64,000 bases of DNA from Tubiluchus corallicola (lineage: Eukaryota > Animalia > Priapulida). Positions 1 through 12,981 of the stretch are shown here, piece by piece. The stretch lies in assembly GCA_030141605.1 (NCBI GenBank), contig JAQGDQ010000362.1:1-64000 (forward strand), read 5' to 3'. Each line of letters starts with the position of its first letter. Position 1 is the first letter of the stretch. The position numbers and the translations under genes are program-made. The notes under the pieces were generated by a model. It was not told where the DNA came from. It searched no databases and saw only the letters and a program-made list of their open reading frames with translations.

Positions 1-288
1 ACTATAGTACGTAACTGAACGAAGTACACGCCACATGTATTGCTAGGAAATATCTAAGAGAATGACCTAAAATTTTTAGTGTTTATATATAACGTCTGTA
101 AGTGCAGTGTGGTGACTTTCAAATGATTCTGTTGTAATTATATTCTTCTTAAAACAATGTCGTCAAAACTTCTTCACATATTTTTGAACCACCTCATATG
201 ATTAAAACATTTGTCGCTAGTTGTTACTCATATTATTGCAGGTAAGAAAACAAACAACAAAATATCTATCACAAAATGTCTGATGTAC

Positions 289-438
289 CTGTATTTGGAG
301 AAGTATAGTATGGATTAGTTGACTGCTGAAAAGATGATGCATTGGAGTAAGTAGTCTGGTATGTTGTTGTACTAGGATAACTACTAACAGCCGATGGCGG
401 ATAGGGATAACTACCTGTTCCAGAATATGGCGAGCTTG
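289..438 (-). CDS. TSG101: TSG101 exon 7, Pro/Tyr/Ser-rich region (TSSPYSGTGSYPYPPSAVSSYPSTTTYQ...YYTSPNT); gene continues beyond the window start
   Basis: TTTTGCAG / GTACAT boundaries, phase 1-1, open frame; the coiled-coil and steadiness-box exons are not in the window. Confidence 0.8.
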
Positions 439-644
439 CTGCAAAAGAATAAATTGACAGAAGTTAAAAAGTTCAGCAAACTAGTTACAATTTACAATTC
501 TTCCACAGAATGCAATTATCAGTAACACTTTACATTGAAAACATTCTTGAATATCAACTGTAATAGTAAACATCGAACATGTTTAATTACATCTTGAAAC
601 ATCCCTATTTATAAATTTTAGATAAATCTGTTCTAGAGTCTTAC

Positions 645-746
645 TTGGATAAGGTGGCTGCATATAAGATCCTGGATATTGCGTTGATTGATAGCTTGAA
701 CTTTGTCCATAAGTTGGCCGGTTCAGTTGTGGCATTGGCATATACC
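645..746 (-). CDS. TSG101: TSG101 exon 6, Pro/Tyr-rich region (GYMPMPQLNRPTYGQSSSYQSTQYPGSYMQPPYP)
   Basis: TTTTTCAG / GTAAG boundaries, phase 1-1, open frame, PPYP-type composition. Confidence 0.85.
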
Positions 747-1190
747 CTGAAAAACCGACTCAGATATAGTTTGATAACTTATCTACTTAATTGCAATTAC
801 TTTTTAAAAGTTTAGTGCATGAAAAGAAACAAAAGTAAGTCTCATTTTGATGGCTTTTTCTAAGTAAGTAAACAATGTCAAATCATTGTCAGTAAATGCT
901 ATGAAGATTTCCTACGTACTTAGCAATACTTTGTAATTAGGTTTACCCACACAGCTTAATTAAAATAGCCCATTTAATAGGAGAGACATGTAGAAGTCAT
1001 GGTGCTACCTTCTGTAAAGTATAAGCAGCTGTGTTTTGCGTGTTAATAATAAAATCTTTTTTACGCCCTTACACTAAATAACTGTTATTTTTCGTCTTCC
1101 CCGATTTTCCTGGGAATATTGCAGCTTTAATCAATGTAAAGCTTCATAAAAAGTATTAATCGATGATTAGAAATGATTCAAAGAAAATAC

Positions 1191-1314
1191 CTCCTGTTGG
1201 ATAAGGTGGTTGCTGCTGACCGGCTTGAGGTGGAGATGCTTTCGAATAAACGGGTGGAGTTTCTCCAAACACGATGCACATAATTTGTATCAAACCCATT
1301 AAGTCTGATGTTGG
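1191..1314 (-). CDS. TSG101: TSG101 exon 5 (PTSDLMGLIQIMCIVFGETPPVYSKASPPQAGQQQPPYPTG)
   Basis: Matches human PQSDLLGLIQVMIVVFGDEPPVFS; TCGCAG / GTATTT boundaries, 124 bp. Confidence 0.95.
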
Positions 1315-1627
1315 CTGCGAGAAAAAATATGCACTACATTCTAACTCGTACAAAATGATGGAATGTCTGAGTTAATCCAATTAAATAAACTCTTATTCAG
1401 TAATTCAGCGTATTTATTTAAAGTAAAGTAGAGCAACACTGTTACATCGTATGCCCTGTTACCAGAACATCGCCAAATAGAATAATAGAATACAAATGTG
1501 GTTTAAAGAAGAATAACAAATGGAATGCATATTTACTAAGTTATTGATTAAAATACATCTGAGTTGCCAGTTAAAAGCTTTGACTCCACTTTTTGGAACA
1601 GGATTAAGTAATTCAATCTATTTTGTA

Positions 1628-1700
1628 GCGGCTACTATAGAGGTTAGCATAGCTGCTCAGATAACAGAAGGCCTGGATTAAAGTCCTGTCGGAGGTGTAA
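1628..1700 (+). pseudogene. Degenerate tRNA-derived sequence (tRNA-Gly-like SINE head or tRNA pseudogene) in TSG101 intron 4
   Basis: TATAGAGGTTAGCATAGCTGC resembles the metazoan tRNA-Gly D-arm/A-box TATAGTGGTTAGCATAGCTGC; decayed B-box GGATTAAAGTCC; no intact cloverleaf. Confidence 0.5.
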
Positions 1701-2454
1701 CACTTCTAATTTAGTATTGTTTTTATGCACCTATATGATTAATAAAGTTACTGATATATGTATATCTTTAGAATTATAGTATTATATAGAACACATAATC
1801 TTACGTATCTATATATTATAGAGAATCATAAAATTATGAGTTGAATTAAAATTTTAAGACAGGTTTTAGCATTTTCAATCCAATTTTACTTGATATGAAG
1901 GAAAAATAATGAAGTATTCAAAAACACAATAATCTTTAAATGTCGAAAATCAGCACATTTCTACAGATGTTGAAAAAAAGCAACTAATATTGTTGTCACG
2001 CCCATTTCCTGAACCATCTGATCAACTTTGCTTTTAGTTTTGACAGTAATTTCATATTGCCCTCAGGAGAGTTAAACTGGTAAAATCACATCTGAACTAT
2101 TTAAAAGAAATCTTCTATTTCACTTTACCAAAATCAAGAGTATAACATACCTAATGATAAACTAGTAAAATAGGACTGGAAGTTAAGCAGTGTTACTTTA
2201 CTTTGTTTAAATAAATGCCCTAAATGTCAGCATTCATAAAACTGGTGCAGATAGAATTCTTATTAACTCTGTTGTTCCTCAAATTGTTATATGGAAATGA
2301 TTTTTTAAGTTCTAACTGAATTAAAAAAATAAAGGCTAGTTAGTGGAACTAAATCGCAAGGTATAGATGATACTGACTGACAAGAAGAAAGATATTTTAT
2401 CTTGGAGATGAAAATTTATGTCTTAAAGCATCCAGACCATAATGTTACATACAA

Positions 2455-2920
2455 ACTTCAAATTCAAACTCAAAACAATTTATTTATTTAACAAGTCAGA
2501 ATCACATTAACTAACACACAAATTTGAAATACAACAAATAATCAGAAAAATAACAACTATGTGAAAATGACCACTGTTATTAAGAAAAAAAAATTAATGC
2601 AAGGAGACCTAAGAGTGGCTTATGGCAGGCTACCACAAGTATTTTAATAATGAATTAAAACAGCACTATCCAATTGTTAGTAGTTTATATCTTTGTATGC
2701 TTCTGTCCAATTATTAAAAACTACTGCTTGTCTGAGGGAAACATTACATGATTCTGACCAATGGCCTTTTTTAGAGTTATCTACTTAAACACAAATATGT
2801 AAAATAAACTTTTTTATTTCGATTTAAAGATTTACACAGAAAATCTAATATTCCATATGAAGAGGCCAATGATATTTAATCAGGAGTTTCCTTATATTTG
2901 TGCTGCATTGAATGAAATGA
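2455..2920 (-). mobile_element. 3' end relic of a CR1/L2/Crack-like LINE
   Basis: Minus strand gives STNIRKLLIKYH-(GP)-..WNI, a decayed form of the ORF2 C-terminal 'RTNIRKFSIKY.GP..WN' motif, followed by an AATAAA + (TTTGAA)-like tail. Confidence 0.5.
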
Positions 2921-2939
2921 TAATTTTTATTTTGAAAAA

Positions 2940-3400
2940 TTATTGTGAAATAGGTTCACATGGTATCCAGTTGTCCAATGGCATTTGCCAGGGTGTTGGT
3001 CTCTCCCCTTTCTTGTGTTCATTTTGATGCATTGTTATATAACTTACATAATAGTGGTTAAGGTTGTTTGTTGAAAATGGGTTCATCTCATTTGGGTCAT
3101 ATATTAACTTCAGACTTGTCTGATAATGACGATATATCTTGGTCAAAAAATGATTTTATTTTTAGGACCAATGTTGTCATTGCAAATTTTTATTTTGTTA
3201 GTTCTAAGGTGAAAATTAAAATATGTCAGACACGTATAAAATCTTTTAATGAATACACATGAATTTACCACATATATATGTATAAAACTTTACCACATCA
3301 TAGTCAGTTAGTCACTGCCATTTATTATGATTTGTGTGCAATACTAATTATCCTAGTGTGGCATTTATAAACATTTTGTAAAAACATTTGTAAATGTTTG
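2940..3400 (+). mobile_element. Non-LTR reverse transcriptase relic
   Basis: NGICQGVGLSP (RT 'GVxQGxxLSP' motif) and HLGHILTSDLSDNDDI...FIFRTNVVIANF (post-RT motif), with frameshifts. Confidence 0.6.
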
Positions 3401-4009
3401 TGTATTAGTAATTCTGAGATCATTGCCCGTAACACTAACTTGCCTGTTTGTTCCATTCTGGGGTTTAATATAGTTCATTAAAAACTTGAATAACTGCTCT
3501 AGATAGGCTAAGTCGAATTTCAGTAGAATTTTAAAAGATATCAGTAAATGCAAGCATAGTCTTGAACATGAACATTGTGCACCTTTTATTAGACCTTTCA
3601 GGTGCCAATGAAAATAACAGCTTTAGTATTTTAAGTAACATTATAACTGACCGATATACTTGAATATATAACCATTGTCTGATACCTATGTATTAGTAAG
3701 TTTCAGTCATTTTTGAGATGTTGGAGAATTAAAATCACAATTGTCAATGTTAGTCTCAATTTTCGCCAACGCAGTTTATATAAACTTTATAGTTGCAAGT
3801 CTGTACAACAAATTTTAGTTGTACGTCTGCTCTTTCGGAGCAGTTGGTTGTAGTATCTATTTTTCACTTTTTTGATGTGCGTGTTACAATAAGGCTAACT
3901 AACATTGTGCCTTTGTTTTTTTGGTACTAATTCATTAACGTGACTGTATTATGTAGAACACGAGCATTCTGACCTGAACACATATGAATAAATAGTAAAT
4001 AAATAAAGG

Positions 4010-4190
4010 AATTTAGTTTTTTTAAATTAAGTACCAATTTATTTGCTTTAAGTCGTAATTGCCAAAGCGTTAGGCCAATTGAAAAAATTCTTTATTAATT
4101 GGAATGACCATAGTAAAATGATAAGAATGTGTGTAAAAGACATTTGTGTCATTAGCAAAAAGAATAAAATCCAGTACTTTTGAGGTACAT
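4010..4190 (-). mobile_element. CR1/L2/Crack-like LINE RT catalytic region relic
   Basis: Minus strand: KVLDFILFANDTNVFY (decayed FADD motif) and LKANKLVLNLKKTKF. Confidence 0.7.
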
Positions 4191-4562
4191 TAAAGAGTTA
4201 TACAAGTTGTATGAGTTGCAGAGTTGTGTTATACTACACAAGTATAAGGGCAGTTCTCCCGTAATATCTGACGTTGTGTCTACTAGCTCAAGTTACCAAT
4301 AATGCCGACACTCTAAAAAAATGGGTAAACGCTAGTAAAATAATCCTAATCCAATTAGAATTTATTGGGCAAAATATCAATAATTCAGTAAATCCCAACT
4401 ACATAAACTGGATAACTGGAATTTCTTTTTAATAAACTTCTGAGAACATAACTAGAAACTATAAGACTGCAATATTTCTACATGGTTCACATGAAGATGA
4501 AATTTGTATACAATGACTATAACCTCGTCTTCTGACAAAAAAAGTTATCACTAAGTACATAC

Positions 4563-4726
4563 ATGTTTCCATTCATGAAGATAAGGCAGATAAATTTTTC
4601 CATTCATGTCAACGTGTTTGGATGCTTTGATCTGCATTGTTGATGTAGGTTTTACATAGCAGATTGGCGGATTGTATGGATGAGTATCGACTAGCCATAT
4701 ACTTACTGGAATATTGTACGTATTAC
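4563..4726 (-). CDS. TSG101: TSG101 exon 4 (GNTYNIPVSIWLVDTHPYNPPICYVKPTSTMQIKASKHVDMNGKIYLPYLHEWKH)
   Basis: Manual translation is nearly identical to the human UEV core; AG / GTATGT boundaries, 164 bp. Confidence 0.97.
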
Positions 4727-5359
4727 CTAAAAAAATGGGGCAGGTTTTTACACATGTTATAAAAGCTACTATTTTAAAAAACTTCGTACACTAAACACAA
4801 AGAAGAAGTGAAGTTCTAATAATATGTTTTTACTCAAATTAGATAATGTTACATTGTTTACTTTGAAATAGATATTTTGTATTATTTCTAGTAAATAACA
4901 CAGAAAAAGGCAGTGGATTTGAGCTTAAGTTTCCTTACAGTTTTTTATAGTGTTAACAGGAACCTAAAAATAAACAACCTACAACCAAAGAAACAGCTAT
5001 AACTAAAGTCATAAAATGCACACATTAATGTTATTAGATTGGTAAACTATGATTCATTGACTTTAGAACTAACAGCTGCAGCAGGTAGAACACAAAAACT
5101 TGCATAACAAATTACACATTTTTAAAAGTTATATGTCTCACTGTTTCACTCTGCCACGATTCTGAAAAGAATTAGGCCTATTTAAGTTTAAGGTGTGTGT
5201 ATGTTTGTGCGTGCGCGCGTGCGTGTGTATGTATAGAAAAAATTAAAAATTCATAACTCAGCCAAGAATAACCAGTATTTATACTTTGAGCTGCAACCTT
5301 CTTAAAAGGATTATCATAAAATTAAATTTTGTTAAGTTTATTAAACAGCCACTTCTTAC

Positions 5360-5425
5360 CTTTATATGTTACTGGTATGGTTCCATCTAACTGCAACATT
5401 TCTTTTGTAATGCCATCAGGAAAAA
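5360..5425 (-). CDS. TSG101: TSG101 exon 3 (VFPDGITKEMLQLDGTIPVTYKG)
   Basis: TTTTAG / GTAAG boundaries, 66 bp; GTIPVxY motif of the UEV domain; partly visible in ORF 5322..5519. Confidence 0.95.
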
Positions 5426-6564
5426 CTAAAATTAAAATTAAAAAACTGTAGAAAACACAGAATTTGTAACTTCCAAAAATTGCAGAAAAGACGGCACATT
5501 CTTTTAGCTTTCCAATCAATGTTTTTTATCTAATGCATTGTTATTAAATGATATTAATAAATACACTACGTTATTCTCAGACAATTTCTTAAATAAAGAA
5601 ATGTACTGAAATCGATTTCAGTAGATTTCTTTTAATTAAGAAATAATATCTGCTAATTATTGGAAAGTCTTTTTTCTACTTATGTTACTTATGCTTAATG
5701 TACAATGAAGCCAACATAAGGTGCTTACAACTTATTCAGAGTGTCATGTTAATGAACATGACTACATTCCCAACGACCAGTTAAGTCTTAGCTATCTGAA
5801 TGACAAGTCATTTTTATTTGCCCCAATAAATATTAATTACAATACTAGCAAAGGACGCGCAAAAAATTGCGTGTAAATACACTTATAATCACTAATACGT
5901 GAACACCCTACATAGTCCTCATTTATAGCGCCAAGCCAGCAGTAGCTTTTACTGAATTAAAGTTATAAGTTTATGGGCAGAGTATAATGGATGACGTCAG
6001 AACAATGGCTGTGTGTCTGCAATTTTCCAAGCGAAAATCACCCGAAATGGAACCTCCACTCAACTTATCACAACTCCTCACGGTGGAAGCGTCCTAAAAT
6101 GCAGCCCACATCAACGTGTAGCTCTGTTTCTCCTCTTTCTAAAGAGCTATATACCTTCTTCCGAGAGTCCCACCAGGCACCGGTAGAACGTTTTTTCTGC
6201 TGCAAGCTGTTTGGTCAAAATTTGGAAAAAATCGGGAGTTGGGTCAGGGAAAACGTCCATTATGGGACACCGTGGCTTACCTGCAAATTCTAAATATGCC
6301 TACTTCACCCATCATTGAACGGGCTATGCAACTATTATCAGCACCAGCCCCAACCAATTCCTGTTCTCCAGAAACAAGCGGTATAAGTTTTGCAAACTTA
6401 CCATTAAAAAAATTACCATTTTGGAGGTTTTTCGGCCTCTGTTCCTCCCGGTGGGCCCGATTAACAAAATAAACCCCCAATGAGACCACACTAGATCGAG
6501 ACCTTTCGTTTCATATATAGATCGCCGCAAATAGTGCCGTCGTTGGAGCTGTAGCCTCGAATCT

Positions 6565-6580
6565 TATATATATATATATA

Positions 6581-6616
<36 letters not shown>
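6565..6616. repeat. (TA)n microsatellite
   Basis: Direct reading. Confidence 0.95.
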
Positions 6617-6619
<3 letters not shown>

Positions 6620-6723
6620 CACCGAAATTAATATATACGAAACATAAATTAAAACATAGAAATACTCCTTATTTTCGTACTTTTAATGATAGTTTCCAAA
6701 TCAAAAGTAATGAATTATCTCAC

Positions 6724-6808
6724 CAAAATTGTCCAGCTTCGGTTTCAAATCCGTGAACTGTGTGAGACAATTAGTTACATCACGGTGTGCTATATCTTGA
6801 TATCGATA
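6724..6808 (-). CDS. TSG101: TSG101 exon 2 (YRYQDIAHRDVTNCLTQFTDLKPKLDNF), UEV domain
   Basis: TTTTGTAG acceptor and G|GTGAG donor, 85 bp; similar to human YKYRDLTVRETVNVITLYKDLKPVLDSY. Confidence 0.93.
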
Positions 6809-7079
6809 CTACAAAAAAGAATTACATATGTTATCTCATTTAGCATTTCGAAATTAGATCTAAGGTCTGAGAAGTACAAAGAAACACCATGTAGTGTTAT
6901 TAAGCACTGCATGTACTTATTTCGAGTTTTTCGACATGAACTTAGTCGTACATCTCATAAATCGAGAGCAAAGAAATGAAGGAAACACTAGAATACCACA
7001 CAGAAAATATATTAGAATAACGAAATCTTTGTTAAATTACGGGATGAGTAAGCATTGTATCTTTGGATGGTCTATTACT

Positions 7080-7590
7080 GTTTAACTGTTACAAAGATCT
7101 ATGTGACGGTACAAAAAATTGTGTTAAATTTCTTAATAGCATTATTATTAATGTTAACTTTATATGGATTCCTGGTCAAAATGGCAGTTTCAGTGGAATC
7201 ACTCTTCAAATGGTAGATTCTTCTGTACTTTGTGTTCGTCTGTGATCTTCCATAGAAGACTTGATTTTCTGTCAAAGTCGCAGTTTTCCAAACTTCTTCA
7301 ATTACGTATGTGCAACTCTAAACTTAATTACTATCTTCATAGGATTGGAAGCAACGATTCTCCACTCTGCGAGTGTGGTTTAGTGAACGGTACAGAACAT
7401 TTTTTGTCTGAGTGTGTGCTTTATGTTAATCAAAGGGATGTGCTGTTATACAATATTTCCTGACATACAGGCTTATCTAATTTCAAACTAGTTGATATAT
7501 CGTCACACGAACTCGCTAACCAAGATGTTGATGCTGAGGCGATAATAAAGACCTTTGTTCTTTTATAGATAGCACTAAACATTTAAACAT
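7080..7590 (+). mobile_element. RNase H-bearing non-LTR retrotransposon (I-group-like) 3' relic in TSG101 intron 1
   Basis: INVNFIWIPGQNG (RNase H 'WIPGHxG'), then LLQLRM..LNYYLHRIG..DSPLCECG...TEHFLSEC (C-terminal Cys/His motif), with frameshifts. Confidence 0.75.
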
Positions 7591-7699
7591 CTGGACACTA
7601 TAATATGCCTATGTTTTGTCAGTGTTGTAGTCATATCACCGTATTTTCTTTATTTCTACTTTTGTGAAGAAATTTTCCATTGCAATAAACAGCTCATAT

Positions 7700-8135
7700 T
7701 CTGTTGCACATTTTGTCGATACCAAATTGTTTAAAAAGCAGTGGTTGGTTTTCAAGACATCAGGCTGCCAATGATTTAATTTGCCGTGCCCTAACCTTTG
7801 CTCATGTTCCATCAGTATTAGAGCCCACGGGTTTGGCTAGGCCAGATGGCATGACTTTGATACCTTGGGCCGAGGTTGCTCTCTTCTTTGGGACTTTACT
7901 TGTGTTGATACATTGGCACCCTCAAATTTGTACCAATTGCCGTTGAAAGTTTTGGCACAGAACGAAAAAATTTCTTAGTACTTTAAGCAAACAAATTAAA
8001 CGTGCTACGGGTGAGACTATGTGTACAAACTTTTTATTCCAGCGTTTATCTGTTGCCTTACAAAGAAATATGCAATAAGCATTATGGGAACAATTCCTCT
8101 TCCACCTGAAAAGCTTGAAGAAATTATGAACCTCC
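7700..8135 (+). mobile_element. Restriction-like-endonuclease (CRE-like) non-LTR retrotransposon 3' relic
   Basis: C...[14 protein letters not shown]...[31 protein letters not shown] and FQRLSVALQR: the RH..., RPD and WD motifs of RLE domains, with frameshifts. Confidence 0.8.
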
Positions 8136-8433
8136 TTCAATATTAATATTTCACTTTATTGACCTCTTATACTTGACTGTAGCAAAAATCTTATTTTTCA
8201 GATCACGTCACGACAAAACATATATTACATTAATAATCTGTCTATTTTACCAGTTTTTTAAATCTACTGCTCATTTCTACATTGTAATAATACTTGTAAT
8301 ATAGTATTTATTGTCATATAATTGTATAGTTTATTATTTGTTTTCAAACATTCTGTAGAGATCAGTGTTAAACGTACAGTAATAATTAATATTATTTATA
8401 ATAAGTGAGGTTGATGTGGAGCCGCGCAGTTAC

Positions 8434-8469
8434 CTTCGAAAGAGCATTTCGCAGATATTGATCTGACAT
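8434..8469 (-). CDS. TSG101: TSG101 coding exon 1 (MSDQYLRNALSK)
   Basis: Minus strand reads ACC-ATG TCA GAT...TCG AAG|GTAACT. The phase-0 donor joins in frame to exon 2; the peptide resembles the N-terminus of TSG101 orthologues (human MAVSESQLKKMVSK|YKY). Confidence 0.85.
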
Positions 8470-10841
8470 GGTTCTGCTGGCGTGTAACTTATTTTTAAGA
8501 CGCTTTTTAATGTGTTTACTTAGCAAAAGTGAAAATGAAATATTACTAAGAAACAACTCCAGAAGCTATGTTCCTGTTCCTAAGCCTGCAAATTGCAAAA
8601 CGAAACGACAACTGCGACATCTGTTAACAAAATAAATTTGTTTCAATTCGATTTTATTTTCCAAAGACCTGTGTTGCTCTTTATTCGCTGTCCCGGGTCC
8701 GTGGGCATTTTTAATATTCTATTATTAACAAATACAATTATACATTTAATACAATTTTTTATGTTTGTGAAACAAAAAGATCTAAACAGCACAGAACGCA
8801 ATTTATAAAGGAGTACTGGCAAAAACGGGATTTAATAAGTATTTACAAGACTAGTTTTCAAAAATTAAAAAATTACAAGCCTTCATCAAGGTAGATGAAT
8901 ACTAATATTTTTGTTAAGACGACACCTAATACTGAACGCCCAATGTCAAAATTAGTAAGCACTTGCTCAGTAAGCATCGAATAAACACTGTAATGAAAAA
9001 AGGCAAACTACATTTTTTCTAATAATTGTTGTGGTTTTTTTTAATTTTTGTAACAAGTCAATGCTGGACACGAATAATAAATGGAGGAGAACTACCAGGA
9101 AAAATACTTCTATGAGATTTCACCAGACATACTGCCTCTCACTGAGGAAATTAATATCATGTGATCTATATCCTAGCTGGATTAGTGCCTCTTCCTGGAC
9201 AATTTTCCTCGGCAATGAGCCAGTTCTGGCCTCAGCAGTAACTTTTGCCACTGAATGCTAAACTATTGCTTGCTAGGTTGTGTAAAAAGCATGAGTCAAC
9301 ATTTTCTGCACGAAGCAAGAGAAGACGCAAAATTTATTATTACAAATACAATAATTACCTTATCAGTGATCCTTTGAGTTGATGAAGAACTGAAAATACA
9401 TACATGTGTTAGCAGCATTCATAAATTTTCATAATAACTAATAGAGTATGAGTAGTTAATAACAAACTGTGGACAATATTTACAATAAGAATAATTACAT
9501 AATTACAAATGCTTTTTGTGGTTTCGCTTCAATCATTCTAATTATCAGCATTAAAGCATCAATTTATTTATGGTGAAGAAATGTGGGAGCGGCTTATCTA
9601 AGTTTACACAATTGTCTCCGAAATGCACATGTGTAGCATTGTTAATCCGTCTTAATTAATCAGACAGTGTGACATATCGGCTTACCACAAGTCTTTTGTT
9701 ACGTCCTCCTTTTCACGCTAAAAATTAACCGACGGGTTTTTCGTTATCTGAAAACGTCCGATATTTGTCGCATCTCCGAAAACACTTAAATAAAATAATA
9801 TAAATCGCGCCAGAACGTTTTTGTCTAGCTCTTAGCTGCAGCAACGCAATGTTTATGTCAAGAAGGCCTGACGACTTTTTTCAATCTAAAAACTCTGATC
9901 TATTGGAGAAGAGTGCTGAAATTGATGATGTATCTTATGCAACTGGGCGATCAAAAATGTTTTTAGAATGTTGGACATCAAAGTAATAGGAACCACGCAG
10001 GTGCCCCAATTTATTTTCTAGCGCACCAGAAATTGAGCAAACACTGTCGCCGTATCTTGCTTAATATATCATGTATTTGACTAATAAGCGGGTATAATAT
10101 CATAATTTCAGTACGTAACTGAAATTATGTACTAAGTTCGTTAAATTCTACGGATACTAATATTTATAAAGACCTTTAGAGCAGAGTCAGCAGATCACAA
10201 TCGGAAGAAGGGAACTCCGAAACAAATAAATCAACACAAATGACCATTTGAAAATTTGGCCGAAATTAATCCGAGTTCTTCGGCTCAGGACATTTGGCTA
10301 TGTTTGCTTAATTGAATAAAATTTTGGTTACTTAAAACGACTTTGATTACAGTTCACCCGAATTTCGTCATCTGGTTATGACTGGTAAAATACAGAATTA
10401 CGAAAAGTAAAGTTACACAATAATAATATTGATTCAGATAACTATACCCATAAAGGTTGGGAACAAAGAATAGGCGTATCAGTCTTGTCACATTTTTCCT
10501 TTCTTGTGGATGGCACGCCAAACGCCTTGAAGCACAGAAATTATTTCATAGAGGTTAGGTTTATGTAAGTTCTTAATGCACGATTCGCCTGGGAAATTAA
10601 ATCTAGATCAGAATTTTATTACCCGAGGTCCTACTTGCGGCGTAGCCGCGTTTCTGTTCTGAATTCTTGAAGTAATTCAGCCCGCAATATAATAAGTCGC
10701 GACTCTGAAGACATAATGCCGCACCGACCTTACGTTTTCCACATCTGATCTTCCTAATGAGCGACAATTGGACAAATTTTCCAACTCTCATTAAATATAT
10801 AATCACATTTTTTTGCAACAAAGACGTACATTATAAATCTG

Positions 10842-10989
<148 letters not shown>

Positions 10990-12575
10990 GTAACAACAAA
11001 AACAACAACAACAACAATATTTTTAATCAACTTTTTAAATTTCATGAAACAATACGTTTTTGTTTACTGTTGAACCGTAATTTTTTATACGTAGCTGAAT
11101 GCATAGGCCTATTGGCTGTAATAAGTTTCTAGTTAATTCTTTGTTAAGATCGTGAAGGATGCCCAAGCTGCGAGAATTTCGCCACTAATGGTGGTCTAAG
11201 AGACAAAAACGACCCTGTCCAATTTTCATTACACGGTTTGTGATTATGGATCATTTGTCTCCTTTAATTGCGAGGTGCAATGAATGTCCAGTGGTCAAGC
11301 AAAGCGCAATTATTGTCCGAGCTCGTGCGCGACCATCAGCTGCATATTTGTTGTCACACAATCGAAGAAAGGAGCTTGAAGTTCTCATAATAATAGATTA
11401 TGGCAGAAAGATGGTTATTCTGTCACCGCTTCGATGAACAGTGGTCAAACAAATGAACCGATCGGTGTTTTAGTTCTTACTCACAAGGGACTCTGGACGG
11501 TAACTGGACATTTACAAATAAACGAAACGGCGCCATTTGACAGATAGAGTTGACGGCTAATGTGGTGAAACGGGTTAATGGGCTCAACCCACAAACAAAA
11601 ACCGTCTGATAATAAAGCAGAAGACTGCACGTAACCTGCTCATCATTATTCATTTGAAACCGTTACCAAATTGCTGCATGCATATTTGACACTTACATTT
11701 TAGATGGTTGCGCCACATTAACGTAAATTTATTAAGAATTTACTTGAAAATCTCGCTCTTAGAACAAAGAAAAAGCACGGGCCGCATGACGTTTCAAACC
11801 GCCACTGCGGCTTATTAACAGGTAGGAAAAAGGAAAAATGGCGTTAAGATATTAAAACTGGTTTCATTATTTACACAGCGGTTGATTAACCAGTAAGCAA
11901 AATAAGGCCTTTTCTGAATCCTGGATTCTGGATGCAGTGTACCGAGGTGTATAAAAATTCAGCTTATTTTAGGAACTAATATTTCGTAGTCCTAAAACTT
12001 GCAACCTAAGAACTACAGACGTATTAAAACCTTGACTTTGACTGTCTTGACGTTTGAATTTTGAATTTTGTTAACTGGATTAAAGCAACACTGGACCTAC
12101 AGCCGTCTATACTAATCGTAAACACTTTAGTAACAAATTTAATAATAATTTCGTCAGAACTTTACCAGACAGCTTAGGCCAGCTATAATAACCAAAGCAA
12201 ATTGGGTGCAGCACCTATATCTTACACGCAAGTTACATCATGTTAGAAATTAAGTATATATTGCATGATAAATTCCGCTTACGTGGTTAACAGACATGCC
12301 ATATATTATAGACACAAATTGTCTCTATATAAGCGCGCAAACAAAATTATAGGTTTAATCGGACCTGCAACGTGATTCTGATTACAAAAGACGAAAGAAT
12401 GAAATCAATCTGCCATAAATTAACGGAAGATTAAGAATGAATTATCACACACTTTGCATATGGACACGTCACTGTCAATTTACTAGTGTGCAACCCTGGG
12501 CAGTCTAGTAAACATCGTCTTGTCTGCACTATGGGCGACCTTATAATTGGAACCTTGCCAGGAATATTGCGTGAT

Positions 12576-12585
12576 GGCGGGAAAA
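12576..12585 (-). promoter_or_regulatory. Candidate E2F site (TTTTCCCGCC) ~1 kb upstream of the CDK inhibitor
   Basis: Perfect TTTSSCGC match; function is inferred only. Confidence 0.35.
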
Positions 12586-12885
12586 ACACGGAACTTACTA
12601 GCAAAGGCCGTAAACAACCACGTGAAACACACAAAACTAAAAATGAATAGAACCAGCAATTTAAGGGTAGCTGATTCGATGACCCGACGGTCTTTCACTA
12701 CCCTTTCTCTTGCGCCCACATAATAACTTATTTCTATATTTTCTTTCTCTTATTTTCGCGTAAATTTTATATGATCAGTTTGTATTTCATGTAAATGTGC
12801 ACTCTAAGAGATAAATAAATATGTCTATGTCTATGCACGATTTTGTTAGATGAACAACGCAGCTAGGACACACGCGTTACCAGTC

Positions 12886-12887
<2 letters not shown>

Positions 12888-12980
<93 letters not shown>
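12888..12980. repeat. (GA)n microsatellite upstream of the CDK inhibitor
   Basis: Direct reading. Confidence 0.97.

Positions 12981-12981
<1 letters not shown>

Noticed and set aside
6890-6940. Nearer ATGs as the TSG101 start exon
   Set aside because: In-frame stop or no suitable phase-0 donor; 8434-8469 fits much better.
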